A stretch of DNA of 63,719 bases, counting the filler, from Octopus bimaculoides (lineage: Eukaryota), in assembly GCF_001194135.2 (NCBI RefSeq). It is 6 parts of 5 records of this genome, joined end to end, with 100 filler letters (N's around TTAATTAATTAA, not from the genome) between each part and the next. Parts side by side here need not be neighbours in the genome. Positions count along the whole stretch, not along the records: positions 33,820 to 58,047 come from NC_068981.1; positions 58,148 to 61,747 come from NC_068992.1; positions 61,848 to 63,719 come from NC_068982.1; 3 more parts are not named here. One strand, given 5' to 3'. Shown here one piece after another: positions 48,704-62,425 of the stretch. The notes under the pieces were generated by a model. The model was not told the DNA's origin and did no database searches. It saw only the letters and a program-made list of their open reading frames with translations. Every line of letters begins with the position of its first letter. Positions within the stretch are counted from its first letter, which is position 1. Made by a program: the position numbers and the translations under genes.

Positions 48704-51139
48704 AGTAAAAAATAAAAGCATCCAATATAAACAAAAAGAAAAACGAATAGGAAAGAAAACATGGCCTAGAGAAGAAGTCTAGAAGCCTAATATGTTAAAC
48801 GCATATAATCTACCATTCTTGGGGCTACGAGGTCCGTAGGTAAAAAAGCGAGCTAGTAATGGTCTAGGGTATACTACAATTTATCTACGAGTAGTTTCTG
48901 TCTTTCTGTCTATTACCATCTTGCTGCGTAAACTAGCGAACCAATCTTCACGAAATTTTGCATACATGTTAAATAACATCCATTTCAATAATAAGCTAAT
49001 TGGATTTCAAGAAAAATCTAAAATGTGCCCCTTTGTGGGGTTGGGCAAACTATATGATAAAATGAGAAGGGTGCAAAGAGTATTAGTCTGAGGGGAAAAT
49101 GGTGGCAGAGTGAGTGTGACTGATATCGGGGAAGGGAAGAACAGCGTTGTGTTAGCGACAAGTATGGAGTGGCAATGGGATAATAACGTTAATACAGCTG
49201 TCATATAGACTTACTTTCGTAAATAAATACACACACACATGCACATGGATAACTTTTAAAACGCCAAGGAAGGGAAAGAAAGATGGGTGTGAAGAATGCG
49301 TACCTTTAAGAAAATAGAGGATAGGTGGCTTTTCTGCTGGCTATCGCAAAAAAAACACTCACACATAGACACATACACATACACACATACATACATACAT
49401 ACATATACATACATACGTACGTACATACATATGTCTATTATACTCCACTTTAAACTCGTGATAACTTGTGTGTACGTTTGTAAATGTGTGTGCGTGTGTG
49501 TGTATGTGTGTATATGTGTGCGTGTGTGTGTGTGTATGTGTGTGGCCTCCTATAACTGCCTGTCTCACTACTTTTGTAGGGTCTTCTCTGTTGCTGTCAT
49601 ATATTGTAAAATTTTTAAATTACGTCAAAATTTTCAAATTTGGTATATTAAAATAATTTTCCACTCTAAATCCGATTTTGCTATTTATTTGTTCCAGAAG
49701 AATTGAAGGAAAATGTTACTGAGGTTTAAATTTAATCAATTTTACCTAATCAGAAAGCAGGATTTGGAAGCTGGCATTTTCTGCATGATAGCTGTCTATT
49801 ACAAAATGAAAGCAAAATCATTGCGAGGAAGAACTATTGTTAAACAAACGAAAGCAAAGCATTTACGATGACCAAAATTGTAAGAACTGGAGTTTAAATA
49901 AGTTTTAATGAATAAAGTCATGTGAAACGGTCGAACAGACATGTAAATAATTTAAAAAGGAAAAAATCCTCGACAAAGTTTTTTTGCGAAAAATTGCACA
50001 AATCCGACCTGATCAAGAGGCCTAACTGTCGGAGAAGGCATGGTCTAACATGGGATAAGCACAAATTTATATAAGACATTCTACTGTNNNNNNNNNNNNN
50101 NNNNNNNNNNNNNNNNNNNNNNNNNNNNNNNNNNNNNNNNNNNNNNNNNNNNNNNNNNNNNNNNNNNNNNNNNNNNNNNNNNNNNNNNNNNNNNNNNNNN
50201 NNNNNNNNNNNNNNNNNNNNNNNNNNNNNNNNNNNNNNNNNNNNNNNNNNNNNNNNNNNNNNNNNNNNNNNNNNNNNNNNNNNNNNNNNNNNNNNNNNNN
50301 NNNNNNNNNNNNNNNNNNNNNNNNNNNNNNNGAGAACAAACTGAAACCACGTTTTTTACGAAGCAAATTGTATAAATTTTGAGCCACGGCCTGCAACTCT
50401 ATACATTTTCTTTCTCAGAAGAAGAGCATACACTCGAAATATCAGATTTTATCACTGTAAATGAACTCATTGAAATCTCTTAGTATAAATTTATATTTGA
50501 ATATCTAGAACATTATTTAATGTAACTTGATGCAAATCATTACCACTTTCCCTAGGATTCTGGATTTTACAGAATCAACAAGTAAAAGTTGATTATTAAT
50601 CTGCGGGGAAGTCTGAACGTGCTCCTTTGACCTGCTAGAAATAGCAGCCAACTCACAATTATATCACAGAGATTAAAACAATAACGTAAATTTTCATTAT
50701 TTTGTGTTAAATTTGTATTATTTATTAAACTTTGTCTGAAGAATTACGGATAGGAAATTCTAGATATTTTTTCTACGTGTAATGAAACATGTGTCACATG
50801 CAATTAAAAATGGACCAAGTTTTTTCCCCAGTCTTTCTGTTTTAATGTGTAATTATTCTGCAAAAAGAATTCACTAGAAATTCCAGTTGCTATGTATGTC
50901 TCATTCAAAATAAAAAATCTAAATCCAAACCTTTTGAAAATGCAGATGTGTTTCACGATCCCCTCTGTCAACATAAGATATGTTAAATTAAAGTTATAAC
51001 ATTTCCCGATGTTAAGTGTGTTAAGTATCCTAAATACAAAATATGTTGGATAAAAGATTTTACCAAATAAAAGGGAGACGTATCATGCTTAAAGGAAAAG
51101 CTGGTCTTAGTTAGTAGGGACAGTGACAGAGATACATGA

Positions 51140-51625
51140 TATATTGAATACAAGAATTATAATTGACGCCAGATATCAGAAATATGATACATTTGATAAC
51201 AGACCTATTAGAGATGTTATATGCCATAGATACAAGAGGTATTGGATAACAGTTATAAAAGACGTTAGCTATCTTAGACAGAAGACCGTTTAGAGCTATA
51301 AAATAACAAGACTTATAAGCTATGTTAGATGCTATAGATACAAGTGATTTTGTATAACAGATCTATAACAGATGTTAGATATAATAAATACAAGATGTAC
51401 TAGATATAAAATCTATAAGGGATGGCAGGTATCATTGAAATATAACATATTGGGAAACAGAGTTGTAAGAGATGTTCATTATCAGAGATAGAAAAGATAT
51501 TAAGGAGCAAATTTATTAAAGACGCTGGATATCATAGATTTAAGTGATATTTGACATAAGATCGATAACAGGATTTAGATAGCCCAGATACAATACAGTT
51601 GGATAACAAAGTTGTAAAAGCGGGT
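51140..51625. repeat. Cryptic ~50-bp tandem repeat, about 10 diverged units
   Basis: GATAACAG-like motif at about 51146, 51195, 51245, 51302, 51353, 51403, 51453, 51504, 51553 and 51602. Confidence 0.75.
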
Positions 51626-51914
51626 TGCTGTTGTTGTTGTTGTTGTTGGCTTGATTAGACATACGAAAAAAGGCATTCCAGCCGTAACATCACGGTTTTG
51701 TCCACGCTTAATCTATCTAGAAGCGTATTATCCTATATATCTTTTCCTTTCCAAACACGAAAGATATGCTGTAAGGAAAATTTAGCTGTCATTTATGTCT
51801 GAAAGCCCACCGTGCGCAGTTGCGCGTATGTATGTCGGTGTATGCGCCGGCGTGTGTGTGTATATGTGTGTGTGTGTTTATATGTATATGTGCATGTATG
51901 TATGTATATATATA

Positions 51915-51945
<31 letters not shown>

Positions 51946-52176
51946 ATGTATGCATGTATGTATGTATGTATGTATTATGTATGCATGTATGTATGTATGT
52001 ATCTTAGTAGACAGACAGATAGACAGATATAACAAAACGTCAGATTTTCGCGGTTGACTGACTGTCCACTACTCCACCAAAAGTATTCAGTTCTATATCG
52101 TATAATGCTTGCATTATGTAGTTTCTTATATACTTTGCAACTCTTATATATATTCTTATATACTTTGCAACCCTTG

Positions 52177-52252
<76 letters not shown>

Positions 52253-53454
52253 TGTGTGTGTGTGTGTGGTACACTCACACAATGTGGAGAGGATCAAAAT
52301 AAATGATGTGTACATATATTTTTAACATGCTCCTGTACACTAGAACGTGAAAGCCATCCGCTTCGGTGTTTTGTCTTGGAGTAAAAAAAAAACTCCCCTC
52401 TTTAGAGTTTGTGTGTAAAAACATACAGCTGAGCCTCAGTTGAAGATAGTGGACTACTATAAACAGTGTTTCGGCATGGTCTCCTCAGTGGTACATAACT
52501 CCCTTGGTCATCTAGAGCCAAACCAGAAGTGTTTTCCTAAAAAATAGAAAAGAGCAAATAATATATATGCATTGCTAGAATTAATTTAGAATTGACACTC
52601 TAAAATATTTGCCACAAACTCAATGAACAGCATACCTGATGCTTTTCTATTAGAGTTCTCTATCTTCTGGGTTGGTTCACTTCACCACAGTTTAGAGTCT
52701 AACCCTTCCTGCTAAGTTAAATACGTATCTGAGCACCAAACCACACATTTTCCAAGTTCTTGCGCATCTGTATGTGTGTGTATGTGTATATTAGAATTTA
52801 ATCATATTTTAAGATATATAAGAATACACTTGACCGGTGTAACATTAGATTTTCAAAGGTGTACAATATATGAAGCTGTGTCGTGAATTATGTCTATTCT
52901 GGCCGTTGTTTTAAAAATAGTTTGTTTTTAAAGCAGGAATATGGCTCAGAACGCTATCCATTAACATACAATTTAATTGATCAACGTTGGCGTATTTAGC
53001 TCTTCTCCAATGAATATGCCATATGACAGTTAAAAAAAGAGATATAAATAAGTGGTATAATAATTGTTTACATAAAAGTGCAACGGATAATTATTGTTCA
53101 TTATTTTGTGGAAGAATAATGTTATCAATTAGTGCTAGTTCATTCCCATTAAATATGTTAAAGCATATCCTTTCTTTGTTAACAAGTTGTGCACTAAGTA
53201 AGACAACGACGTGTGGAGCAAATAAGATAAATGACAGCTGCTACATAAATTTTGTTTTTCTTAAGAATGAGACATTCAATAATAATTAATTCATAGGAAA
53301 AGGTGAACTGTGTATTACTGAGGATTTTATAGCCTGTTTAGTAGTGGCTTGTCTTTTTTAATAAACGAGCTTTTGTGATTGATTATTGTTTTACCTGGGG
53401 TGCTGTCTGCACATTGAAAAGAGTGGGAAGACGAAACATTTAGGAGATTTCGTT

Positions 53455-53584
53455 TACACTCATGGTTTCGGGTTCGGTCTGATTGTGTGAGAACTTGAGC
53501 AAGCGATTTCTACTTTAGCATCGGGCCACCCAAAGCCTTGTGAGTGAATCTGATTGACGAAAATTGAAAGAAACCCATGTGTGA

Positions 53585-53622
<38 letters not shown>

Positions 53623-54105
53623 NNNNNNNNNNNNNNNNNNNNNNNNNNNNNNNNNNNNNNNNNNNNNNNNNNNNNNNNNNNNNNNNNNNNNNNNNNNNNN
53701 NNNNNNNNNNNNNNNNNNNNNNNNNNNNNNNNNNNNNNNNNNNNNNNNNNNNNNNNNNNNNNNNNNNNNNNNNNNNNNNNNNNNNNNNNNNNNNNNNNNN
53801 NNNNNNNNNNNNNNNNNNNNNNNNNNNNNNNNNNNNNNNNNNNNNNNNNNNNNNNNNNNNNNNNNNNNNNNNNNNNNNNNNNNNNNNNNNNNNNNNNNNN
53901 NNNNNNNNNNNNNNNNNNNNNNNNNNNNNNNNNNNNNNNNNNNNNNNNNNNNNNNNNNNNNNNNNNNNNNNNNNNNNNNNNNNNNNNNNNNNNNNNNNNN
54001 NNNNNNNNNNNNNNNNNNNNNNNNNNNNNNNNNNNNNNNNNNNNNNNNNNNNNNNNNNNNNNNNNNNNNNNNNNNNNNNNNNNNNNNNNNNNNNNNNNNN
54101 NNNNN

Positions 54106-54138
<33 letters not shown>

Positions 54139-54470
54139 TTATAGAATATATAATATATATATAATATATACATATGTGTGTGTGTGTGGAGGCGTCTGTG
54201 TGGATAGGTGTGATTGTGCGTGGGTGGGTGTCCACGTGTATGTGCGTGTGTCTTTGTCTTTGTGTTTGACACCCCCACCTTCGTTTCCCAACAGGTGTTG
54301 GTTTGTTTATGTCTCCGTAACTTAACGATTCGGCAAAATAAACTAATGGAATAAGTACCAGACTTTAAAATAATAAGTATTTGGTCCGATTTGTTCGACT
54401 ACAAACCCCTTCAAGGCGGTGCTGCTGCATGGAAGCAGTCCAATGATTGAAACAACAAAAAGATACAAGA
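53455..54470 (+). mobile_element. SINE family A copy split by an expanded (TA)n and an N gap
   Basis: Head and core at 53455-53580, tail at 54290-54470. Confidence 0.78.
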
Positions 54471-55458
54471 TGTGTGTGTGCGCGTGTTTGAGTGTGTGTG
54501 TGTGTGTGCCTTTGTCTGTGTGTTTATGCATGTATTTATGTATGTATATACATATATNNNNNNNNNNNNNNNNNNNNNNNNNNNNNNNNNNNNNNNNNNN
54601 NNNNNNNNNNNNNNNNNNNNNNNNNNNNNNNNNNNNNNNNNNNNNNNNNNNNNNNNNNNNNNNNNNNNNNNNNNNNNNNNNNNNNNNNNNNNNNNNNNNN
54701 NNNNNNNNNNNNNNNNNNNNNNNNNNNNNNNNNNNNNNNNNNNNNNNNNNNNNNNNNNNNNNNNNNNNNNNNNNNNNNNNNNNNNNNNNNNNNNNNNNNN
54801 NNNNNNNNNNNNNNNNNNNNNNNNNNNNNNNNNNNNNNNNNNNNNNNNNNNNNNNNNNNNNNNNNNNNNNNNNNNNNNNNNNNNNNNNNNNNNNNNNNNN
54901 NNNNNNNNNNNNNNNNNNNNNNNNNNNNNNNNNNNNNNNNNNNNNNNNNNNNNNNNNNNNNNNNNNNNNNNNNNNNNNNNNNNNNNNNNNNNNNNNNNNN
55001 NNNNNNNNNNNNNNNNNNNNNNNNNNNNNNNNNNNNNNNNNNNNNNNNNNNNNNNNNNNNNNNNNNNNNNNNNNNNNNNNNNNNNNNNNNNNNNNNNNNN
55101 NNNNNNNNNNNNNNNNNNNNNNNNNNNNNNNNNNNNNNNNNNNNNNNNNNNNNNNNNNNNNNNNNNNNNNNNNNNNNNNNNNNNNNNNNNNNNNNNNNNN
55201 NNNNNNNNNNNNNNNNNNNNNNNNNNNNNNNNNNNNNNNNNNNNNNNNNNNNNNNNNNNNNNNNNNNNNNNNNNNNNNNNNNNNNNNNNNNNNNNNNNNN
55301 NNNNNNNNNNNNNNNNNNNNNNNNNNNNNNNNNNNNNNNNNNNNNNNNNNNNNNNNNNNNNNNNNNNNNNNNNNNNNNNNNNNNNNNNNNNNNNNNNNNN
55401 NNNNNNNNNNNNNNNNNNNNNNNNNNNNNNNNNNNNNNNNNNNNNNNNNNNNNNNNNN

Positions 55459-55721
55459 NTAGTTCTCGGGGATATTCAGCGTGACACAGTGTGACAAGGC
55501 TGACCCTTTGAATTACAGGCACAACAGAAACAGGAAGTAAGAGTGAGAGAAAGTTGTGGTGAAAGAGTACAGCAGGGTTCTCCACCATCCCCTGCCGGAG
55601 CCTCGTGGAGCTTTAGGTGTTTTTGCTCAATAAACACTCACAACGCCCGGTCTGGGAATCGAAACACCGATCCTATGACCGCGAGTCCGCTGCCCTAACC
55701 ACTGGGCCATTGCTCCTCCAC
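55459..55721 (-). mobile_element. tRNA-derived SINE family C (Arg-like head)
   Basis: Minus strand GGAGCAATGGCCCAGTGGTTAGGGCAGCGGACTCGCGGTC...TTCGATTCCCAGACCGGGCG followed by a non-tRNA body; resembles the OR-type octopus SINEs as I recall them. Confidence 0.78.
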
Positions 55722-55959
55722 TGTAATTGTAGTATATCATTTCTATACATCTCTATTAAGCTGACCTGGCAACGTTTGTTGTTCCAGACTGAAGGAGACA
55801 ACTATAGCAGCACTTTAAACATGCACAACCAAATAGTGCGCGTCACAGCTGACTGGTTTTTCAGAATGCAATCGGGACGTGACAATTTAGAAGCTACAGA
55901 AGCTTACGAAATGTTTCTGACAGCTTATGGATTAACTTGTATGAGCTGAGCATCTGTTT

Positions 55960-56475
55960 TTCGCTGGAACATGAGACCAAACAGAGCAAGTCTACCAGGA
56001 ATCTCGCGGTGGACTCCTTTTTCGATAGTAGGGGCATCATCTACATACACTGGGTTCCCGCTGACCAGACTACTTTACAGAGATTTTGAAGAAGTTCAAG
56101 AAGAGATTTCGTCGCAAAAAGCCAGGGCAGTTGCAGCGGGATGATGCACCAGCTCCCAATTCCATCCTGATAACCATCTACTTGACAGAAACGGGCAAAA
56201 CTGTCTCTCACCCTCCCTACAGTCCAGACTTTGCTCCTTGTGATATTTGGTAGTTCCCCAAGTTGAAGGAGAAGATGGAAGACAAGGGATGAAGACAAGG
56301 GTCCTGGACACCTTCATTTTAGAGGTTCTCCATGGAGCCTTCACGAAGTGGCTAGAGCGCTTCCACAAATGCATTGAAGTTAGATCATCCTAATTTTAAA
56401 GTTTTTTTACTTCTTTGAAATTAATAACTATCTCTCCTAAAAAAAAATCTCAAAACTTTTGGAATGCACCTTGTA
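55960..56475 (+). mobile_element. Mariner (DD34D-type) transposase remnant with 3' TIR
   Basis: FFDSRGIIY.HWVP, DDAP, HPPYSPDFAPCDIW*FPKLK; right end AAAACTTTTGGAATGCACCTTG|TA. Confidence 0.88.
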
Positions 56476-56696
56476 TGTGTATATATGAGTGTGTGTAAGT
56501 GTGTGTTTTTGTGTGTGCGTGTATTGTGTATCTATGCATGTATATGAATATCGTAGCTTTTTACCCAGACTACAACATACAACACTGTCTTAATGCTGTC
56601 GTTTACAATGACTCATTAATGAAATACACAAGACTGAGGCATATAAATCGTTGAATAAATGTCGCTTATTGCCATTGATATAACAGCATCATCATC

Positions 56697-56728
<32 letters not shown>

Positions 56729-56735
56729 CGACAAC

Positions 56736-56790
<55 letters not shown>

Positions 56791-57094
56791 TATATCATTA
56801 TTGCCATCCATAATCCGGCAGGGTTGAATGAGGGCTGATGAGTGGTGGGTTGTGGCTTCGGCTTTGTAATGGTGGAAATAACACCATTGCATTTGCGTTG
56901 TTTGCAGTCATTGACTTGTTCTGCCGCTATATTGTTGTACGGTTTCAAACCGCGAACCAAAGTGGGAAGGAATTCAACGATGGAAACAAGCCATCTGCGA
57001 ACTAAATTTGATTCACAACTCGATATCTGTCGGATTCCGGAACTATGCTGGCATGGTGTTGATGAGCGACAGCAGGATGGAAATTGGATGATAA

Positions 57095-57107
57095 AAGAGA
57101 GAGAGAG

Positions 57108-57148
<41 letters not shown>

Positions 57149-58047
57149 GAGACACAGAGAGAGAGAGAGAGAGAGAGAGAAACAGGGACACAGAGAGAGA
57201 CAGAGAGAGACAGAGAGAGACAGAGACAGGGAGAGAGACACAGAGACACAGAGACACAGAGAGACACAGAGACACAGAGACACAGAGACACAGAGACACA
57301 GAGACACAGAGAGAGACACAGAGAGACAGAGACACAGAGAGAGACAGAGAGAGACACAGAGACGCAGAGAGAGACACAGAGAGACACAGAGACACAGAGA
57401 CACAGAGAGAGACACAAANNNNNNNNNNNNNNNNNNNNNNNNNNNNNNNNNNNNNNNNNNNNNNNNNNNNNNNNNNNNNNNNNNNNNNNNNNNNNNNNNN
57501 NNNNNNNNNNNNNNNNNNNNNNNNNNNNNNNNNNNNNNNNNNNNNNNNNNNNNNNNNNNNNNNNNNNNNNNNNNNNNNNNNNNNNNNNNNNNNNNNNNNN
57601 NNNNNNNNNNNNNNNNNNNNNNNNNNNNNNNNNNNNNNNNNNGGACACAGAGAGAGACAGAGAGAGACAGAGAGAGACAGAGACAGGGAGAGAGACACAG
57701 AGACACAGAGAGAGACACAGAGACACACAGAGACACACAGAGACAGAGACACAGAGAGAGACACAGAGACACAGAGACACAGAGAGACACAGAGAGACAC
57801 AGACACAGAGAGAGACACAGAGACACAGAGAGAGACACACAGAGACAGATACACAGAGAGAGACACAGAGACACAGAGACACAGAGAGAGACACAGAGAG
57901 ACAGAGACACAGAGAGAGACAGAGAGAGACAGATACAGGGAGAGAGACACAGAGACACAGAGAGAGACACAGAGACACAGAGAGACACAGAGACACAGAG
58001 AGACACAGAGACACAGAGAGAGACACAGAGACACAGAGACACAGAGA
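57095..58047. repeat. Complex GA/GACACAGA satellite
   Basis: Direct reading; interrupted by a gap. Confidence 0.95.
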
Positions 58048-58547
58048 NNNNNNNNNNNNNNNNNNNNNNNNNNNNNNNNNNNNNNNNNNNNTTAATTAAT
58101 TAANNNNNNNNNNNNNNNNNNNNNNNNNNNNNNNNNNNNNNNNNNNNATATATATAACGAAATGTTAGCTCTAAGTAGTGTGTAAGTATGAGCTGCGTAC
58201 TTGACAAACATCTCAACTTACCTAATTACTATTCATACTTACACACTATTTAATGCTGGCACTTCGTTATTTACCTCGGCCGGGCGATATATAGCGCAAA
58301 TCAGTCACAGTGTTGACTGAATTATATATTAAGCAACGGCTTTATAAGTTCATTCAGAATTACCTCTCTTATGTGCATCTCATCGATATCTGAGATTCCT
58401 AATAGATGACGACACTTAACGGAACTGGTACTTTCACGCCTTTTTACCACCCCAGATAGATTTATTCTCCACGGTAAATGCAGTGCAATTGGTTTTTAGC
58501 ATTTGAAATATGTAACGAATATATATCAGCTTACCTACTTCTGCATG

Positions 58548-58597
<50 letters not shown>

Positions 58598-59759
58598 CGT
58601 ACGTATGTATGTCATCATTGAGATTTATTTCAAGATTTCTATCCAATATGTACAGAGCCCATTTCCAAGGCTCCTTGACTGCTATTTCAACATCATCAAC
58701 GTACAGGTATGTATGTATTTTCGTATGTATGTATACGTGCAGATTTGTATGTGTTGTATCATGTATGCCTTTTCATGCATATACTTGCATATCTAGACAT
58801 GCTCATAATTTACGTATGAATGCATGTATGTATGTACTACGTACGAGTGTATGTATGTATGTATGAATGTATGTATGTATATATGTATGTTAGGCTAGAT
58901 TTACTGAAATGCTGATTTGAAACAAGGCTTCAAATATATTTTCTGGACTGCTATTTTATTAGTCAATCGTTCCCAGAAGTGCCACTCTTATTACCAATAC
59001 ATATTGTTAGTTTTAGAATTCGCAAAAGATAACACCGAATATGTTTTCCCTATTATAAAACTCTCATTAGCGAAGCATAATTTCCAAAAGGCTTTCAAAG
59101 AGGAGAATTACAGTACTATAACACGAGAATAGAGCGGATGTATATATATATATATATATATNNNNNNNNNNNNNNNNNNNNNNNNNNNNNNNNNNNNNNN
59201 NNNNNNNNNNNNNNNNNNNNNNNNNNNNNNNNNNNNNNNNNNNNNNNNNNNNNNNNNNNNNNNNNNNNNNNNNNNNNNNNNNNNNNNNNNNNNNNNNNNN
59301 NNNNNNNNNNNNNNNNNNNNNNNNNNNNNNNNNNNNNNNNNNNNNNNNNNNNNNNNNNNNNNNNNNNNNNNNNNNNNNNNNNNNNNNNNNNNNNNNNNNN
59401 NNNNNNNNNNNNNNNNNNNNNNNNNNNNNNNNNNNNNNNNNNNNNNNNNNNNNNNNNNNNNNNNNNNNNNNNNNNNNNNNNNNNNNNNNNNNNNNNNNNN
59501 NNNNNNNNNNNNNNNNNNNNNNNNNNNNNNNNNNNNNNNNNNNNNNNNNNNNNNNNNNNNNNNNNNNNNNNNNNNNNNNNNNNNNNNNNNNNNNNNNNNN
59601 NNNNTCCGTATAGAAGGAGGAGCGGTAGAGCAAAGACGAAAAATCAGAAACCAAATAAATGAGAAGTATGGAAGGATATGTAAATTAAATAAAACCCTAA
59701 AGTCTTGGAAAAAGATATATCTATTGAATGTGAAATGTAACAAGAAAATCAATGTTTAA

Positions 59760-61100
59760 ATTATACATAATGATAGATATCACTTATATGAATTAAGGTG
59801 TGTTTCTGCCAATGTTTACATCGGTAAGCACGCTCTATAACTGTGTTTGAAAGGAGATTTATAGAAAAAAAGTATAAAAAAGAGTTCAGAATTACAAAGA
59901 AGACAGAATTCCTTACCTTTATCATAAGGGAACGAAATTGAGAGAATCAACTAATCTAAATTAAATTGGTTATTATGTTCTTTTAGATACCAAATTAATT
60001 TACTACGCCCTGTACTTTTATGTTTATTTCTATCCCTAAATGTAGAGTACTGATTAGAAATTCTTTACGATAACTGAGAAGAAGAACTACCTATATAAAA
60101 AGACATCGGTACCTGAAGTATTTTTACACTGGTATATAGAAATTTTAATTTTAGAGTTACTTGACATAAACTTAATTCTGTTGGAACTGACTTCAGAGAC
60201 AATAACCTTGTTATTGATATTTCTAGGGGGATGAATGGTATTAGCTAAATTAATGTTAGTATTAGTAAATGTATTCTTATTTAACAGGCTAATATTATGT
60301 GAGGAGATAATTTGTAAGAGAGTATTTTGTGTTCGAGAAACCAATCCTAACTGTGTGCGAGTTGATAATTGAGTAATACCTAGAATTCTTTGGAAAATTC
60401 TTAATAATAGCTTCCCGAAATTGCAAAGGAAGATTAGATTTAATTTGCCTCCCATAAGGAATAATCAACCAAAGAGTTTTACTATTAGTTGCCTTATTTT
60501 TAGTGTAACTATCTTTAAAAGACATCGATTTACCTTTTGTTGTGTCGGCGGCCCAGGCGACAAAGTAGGGTCTCCCAAGACATATAAATAGAGGTAGCCT
60601 GGCCGTGGTAGGTGTGTTGAGTAGCAGTCGAGTAGCAGTTGTATAGCGGTTGAGTAGAGATCATCCGAAGGTGCTAGATAGCATTAGCGTTGAGACATAA
60701 CACCTTTAAAATAAAAAAGGGGTTTAAATAAGGGTTATCTCCCTTCCTTTGTTTGTTGTTGGCGTATAAGTTAAAACTGATATCGTTTATATCCTTACAA
60801 CTAGATTTCATGTCTCCATTAGTAAAGGTAGAATAAGAATGAAAGGAATTAATGTAGGTAACTTTCTCTGTATAACCCGCTATAGGTAAGGCAGAGTTAT
60901 AAAATTCAGGCTTATCATTGAAAATGTCATCATTAGCAGATAACTGAGACAATCTAAATGAAATATTCTTTACTAAGTTCCTAGTGATTGCCCTAGAATG
61001 ATTACTAAATTGGCTAATATACTTAAGATTGGTCGATGGTTTGTGGAATCGAAAGTACCCAATAATACAAATGATATCTTCGAAACATGTGTCGGAAGTA
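59760..61100 (-). mobile_element. Penelope-like element, 5'-truncated: RT thumb, linker and GIY-YIG
   Basis: FHKPSTNLKYISQFSNHSRAIT..LVKNISFRLSQLS (thumb), IIKNFPKNSRYYSIINSHTVRIGFS, IYQCK...YIGS...RISN..STF, SKLIWYLKE, PYDKGKEFCLLC, RCKH; several stops and frameshifts. Confidence 0.87.
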
Positions 61101-61137
61101 AAAGAATTTGAATAACGCCTGCGTTTAACTCCATTTA

Positions 61138-61204
<67 letters not shown>

Positions 61205-61364
61205 GTATACAAATTTTTGTATGTATGCAGTGTATGTATACATATGTACACACACACACATACACACATATCTGTTCCACTCAACAGACTGCTTTTATGC
61301 TGGGTCGTGACTTTGAAGAATTCTCAGTCGATAGAATCGTCTCCAGTGCTTAATTTCTGTCTAG

Positions 61365-61690
61365 AACTTATTCTATCAATTGTTTTCCTCGAACCGTTAG
61401 GTTACGGGAAACTAAACCCATCCGCACCGGTTGTCTAGCAGTGGTAGGGGACAAAGTCAGACCCAATATCATGCAGACGCGCATACACACATACAATAAC
61501 ACACACACATACATATACATACACATATATGTATATATACATGTATATTTACACACGATGGGCTTCCTTCAGTTTCTATCTACCACATTCACTCAAGTCA
61601 CAAGGCTCTGGTAGGTTCGAGGCTATAGTGGAAAACACGTGTCCATCGTATAACACAGTGGGACTGAACCAGCAACCTCGGGAAGCAAAC
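61365..61690 (-). mobile_element. SINE family A, diverged copy
   Basis: Reverse-complement homology to 519-893. Confidence 0.72.
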
Positions 61691-61847
61691 ATATACATAT
61701 ATATATATATATCAATATATATATACATGTGTATATATATATATATANNNNNNNNNNNNNNNNNNNNNNNNNNNNNNNNNNNNNNNNNNNNTTAATTAAT
61801 TAANNNNNNNNNNNNNNNNNNNNNNNNNNNNNNNNNNNNNNNNNNNN

Positions 61848-62188
61848 CGACTTTGCCTTTCATCCTTTCGGGGTCGATGAATTAAGTACCAGTTACGCAC
61901 TGGGGTCAATGTAATCGACTTAATCCGGTTTTCTGTCCTTGTTTGTCCCCTATATGTTTAGCCCCTTGTGAGCAATAAATAAAAAAAGAAACGTTAGCAC
62001 GCCGGGCGAAATGCTTAGCGGTATTTCGTCTGTCTATATGTCCTGAGTTCAAATTCCACCGAGGTCGACTTTGCCTTTCATCCTTTCGGGGTCGATAAAT
62101 TAAGTACCAGTTGCATACTGGTCGATCTAATCGACTGGCCTCCTCCCCCAAAATTTCGAAACTTGTGGCTAGAGTAGAAAAGATTATT
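61848..62188 (+). mobile_element. SINE family B head-to-tail dimer
   Basis: Unit 1 tail ...GCAATAAATAAAAAAAGAA joins ACGTTAGCACGCCGGG of unit 2 at about 61987-91. Confidence 0.88.
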
Positions 62189-62379
62189 CGTTCGCTTTCT
62201 ATATAATAGGTGTTCTGTAAGCCATAAATAACAGTGCTGACGAGGCGCTCCTTAAGTCTTTCGATCATCTTCCCTTTAGCTTCATGTCTCTTCCTTGGAG
62301 ATTTTCTTTTTTATGATTTTTCTATTGCTTTCTCTGGAAGTTTGTACTTATTCATCCATCCATCGTCATCATCCTCATC

Positions 62380-62425
<46 letters not shown>

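Noticed and set aside
56842-58103. 300-400 aa RETQRH/LSVSLC ORFs
   Set aside because: Satellite translation across N gaps
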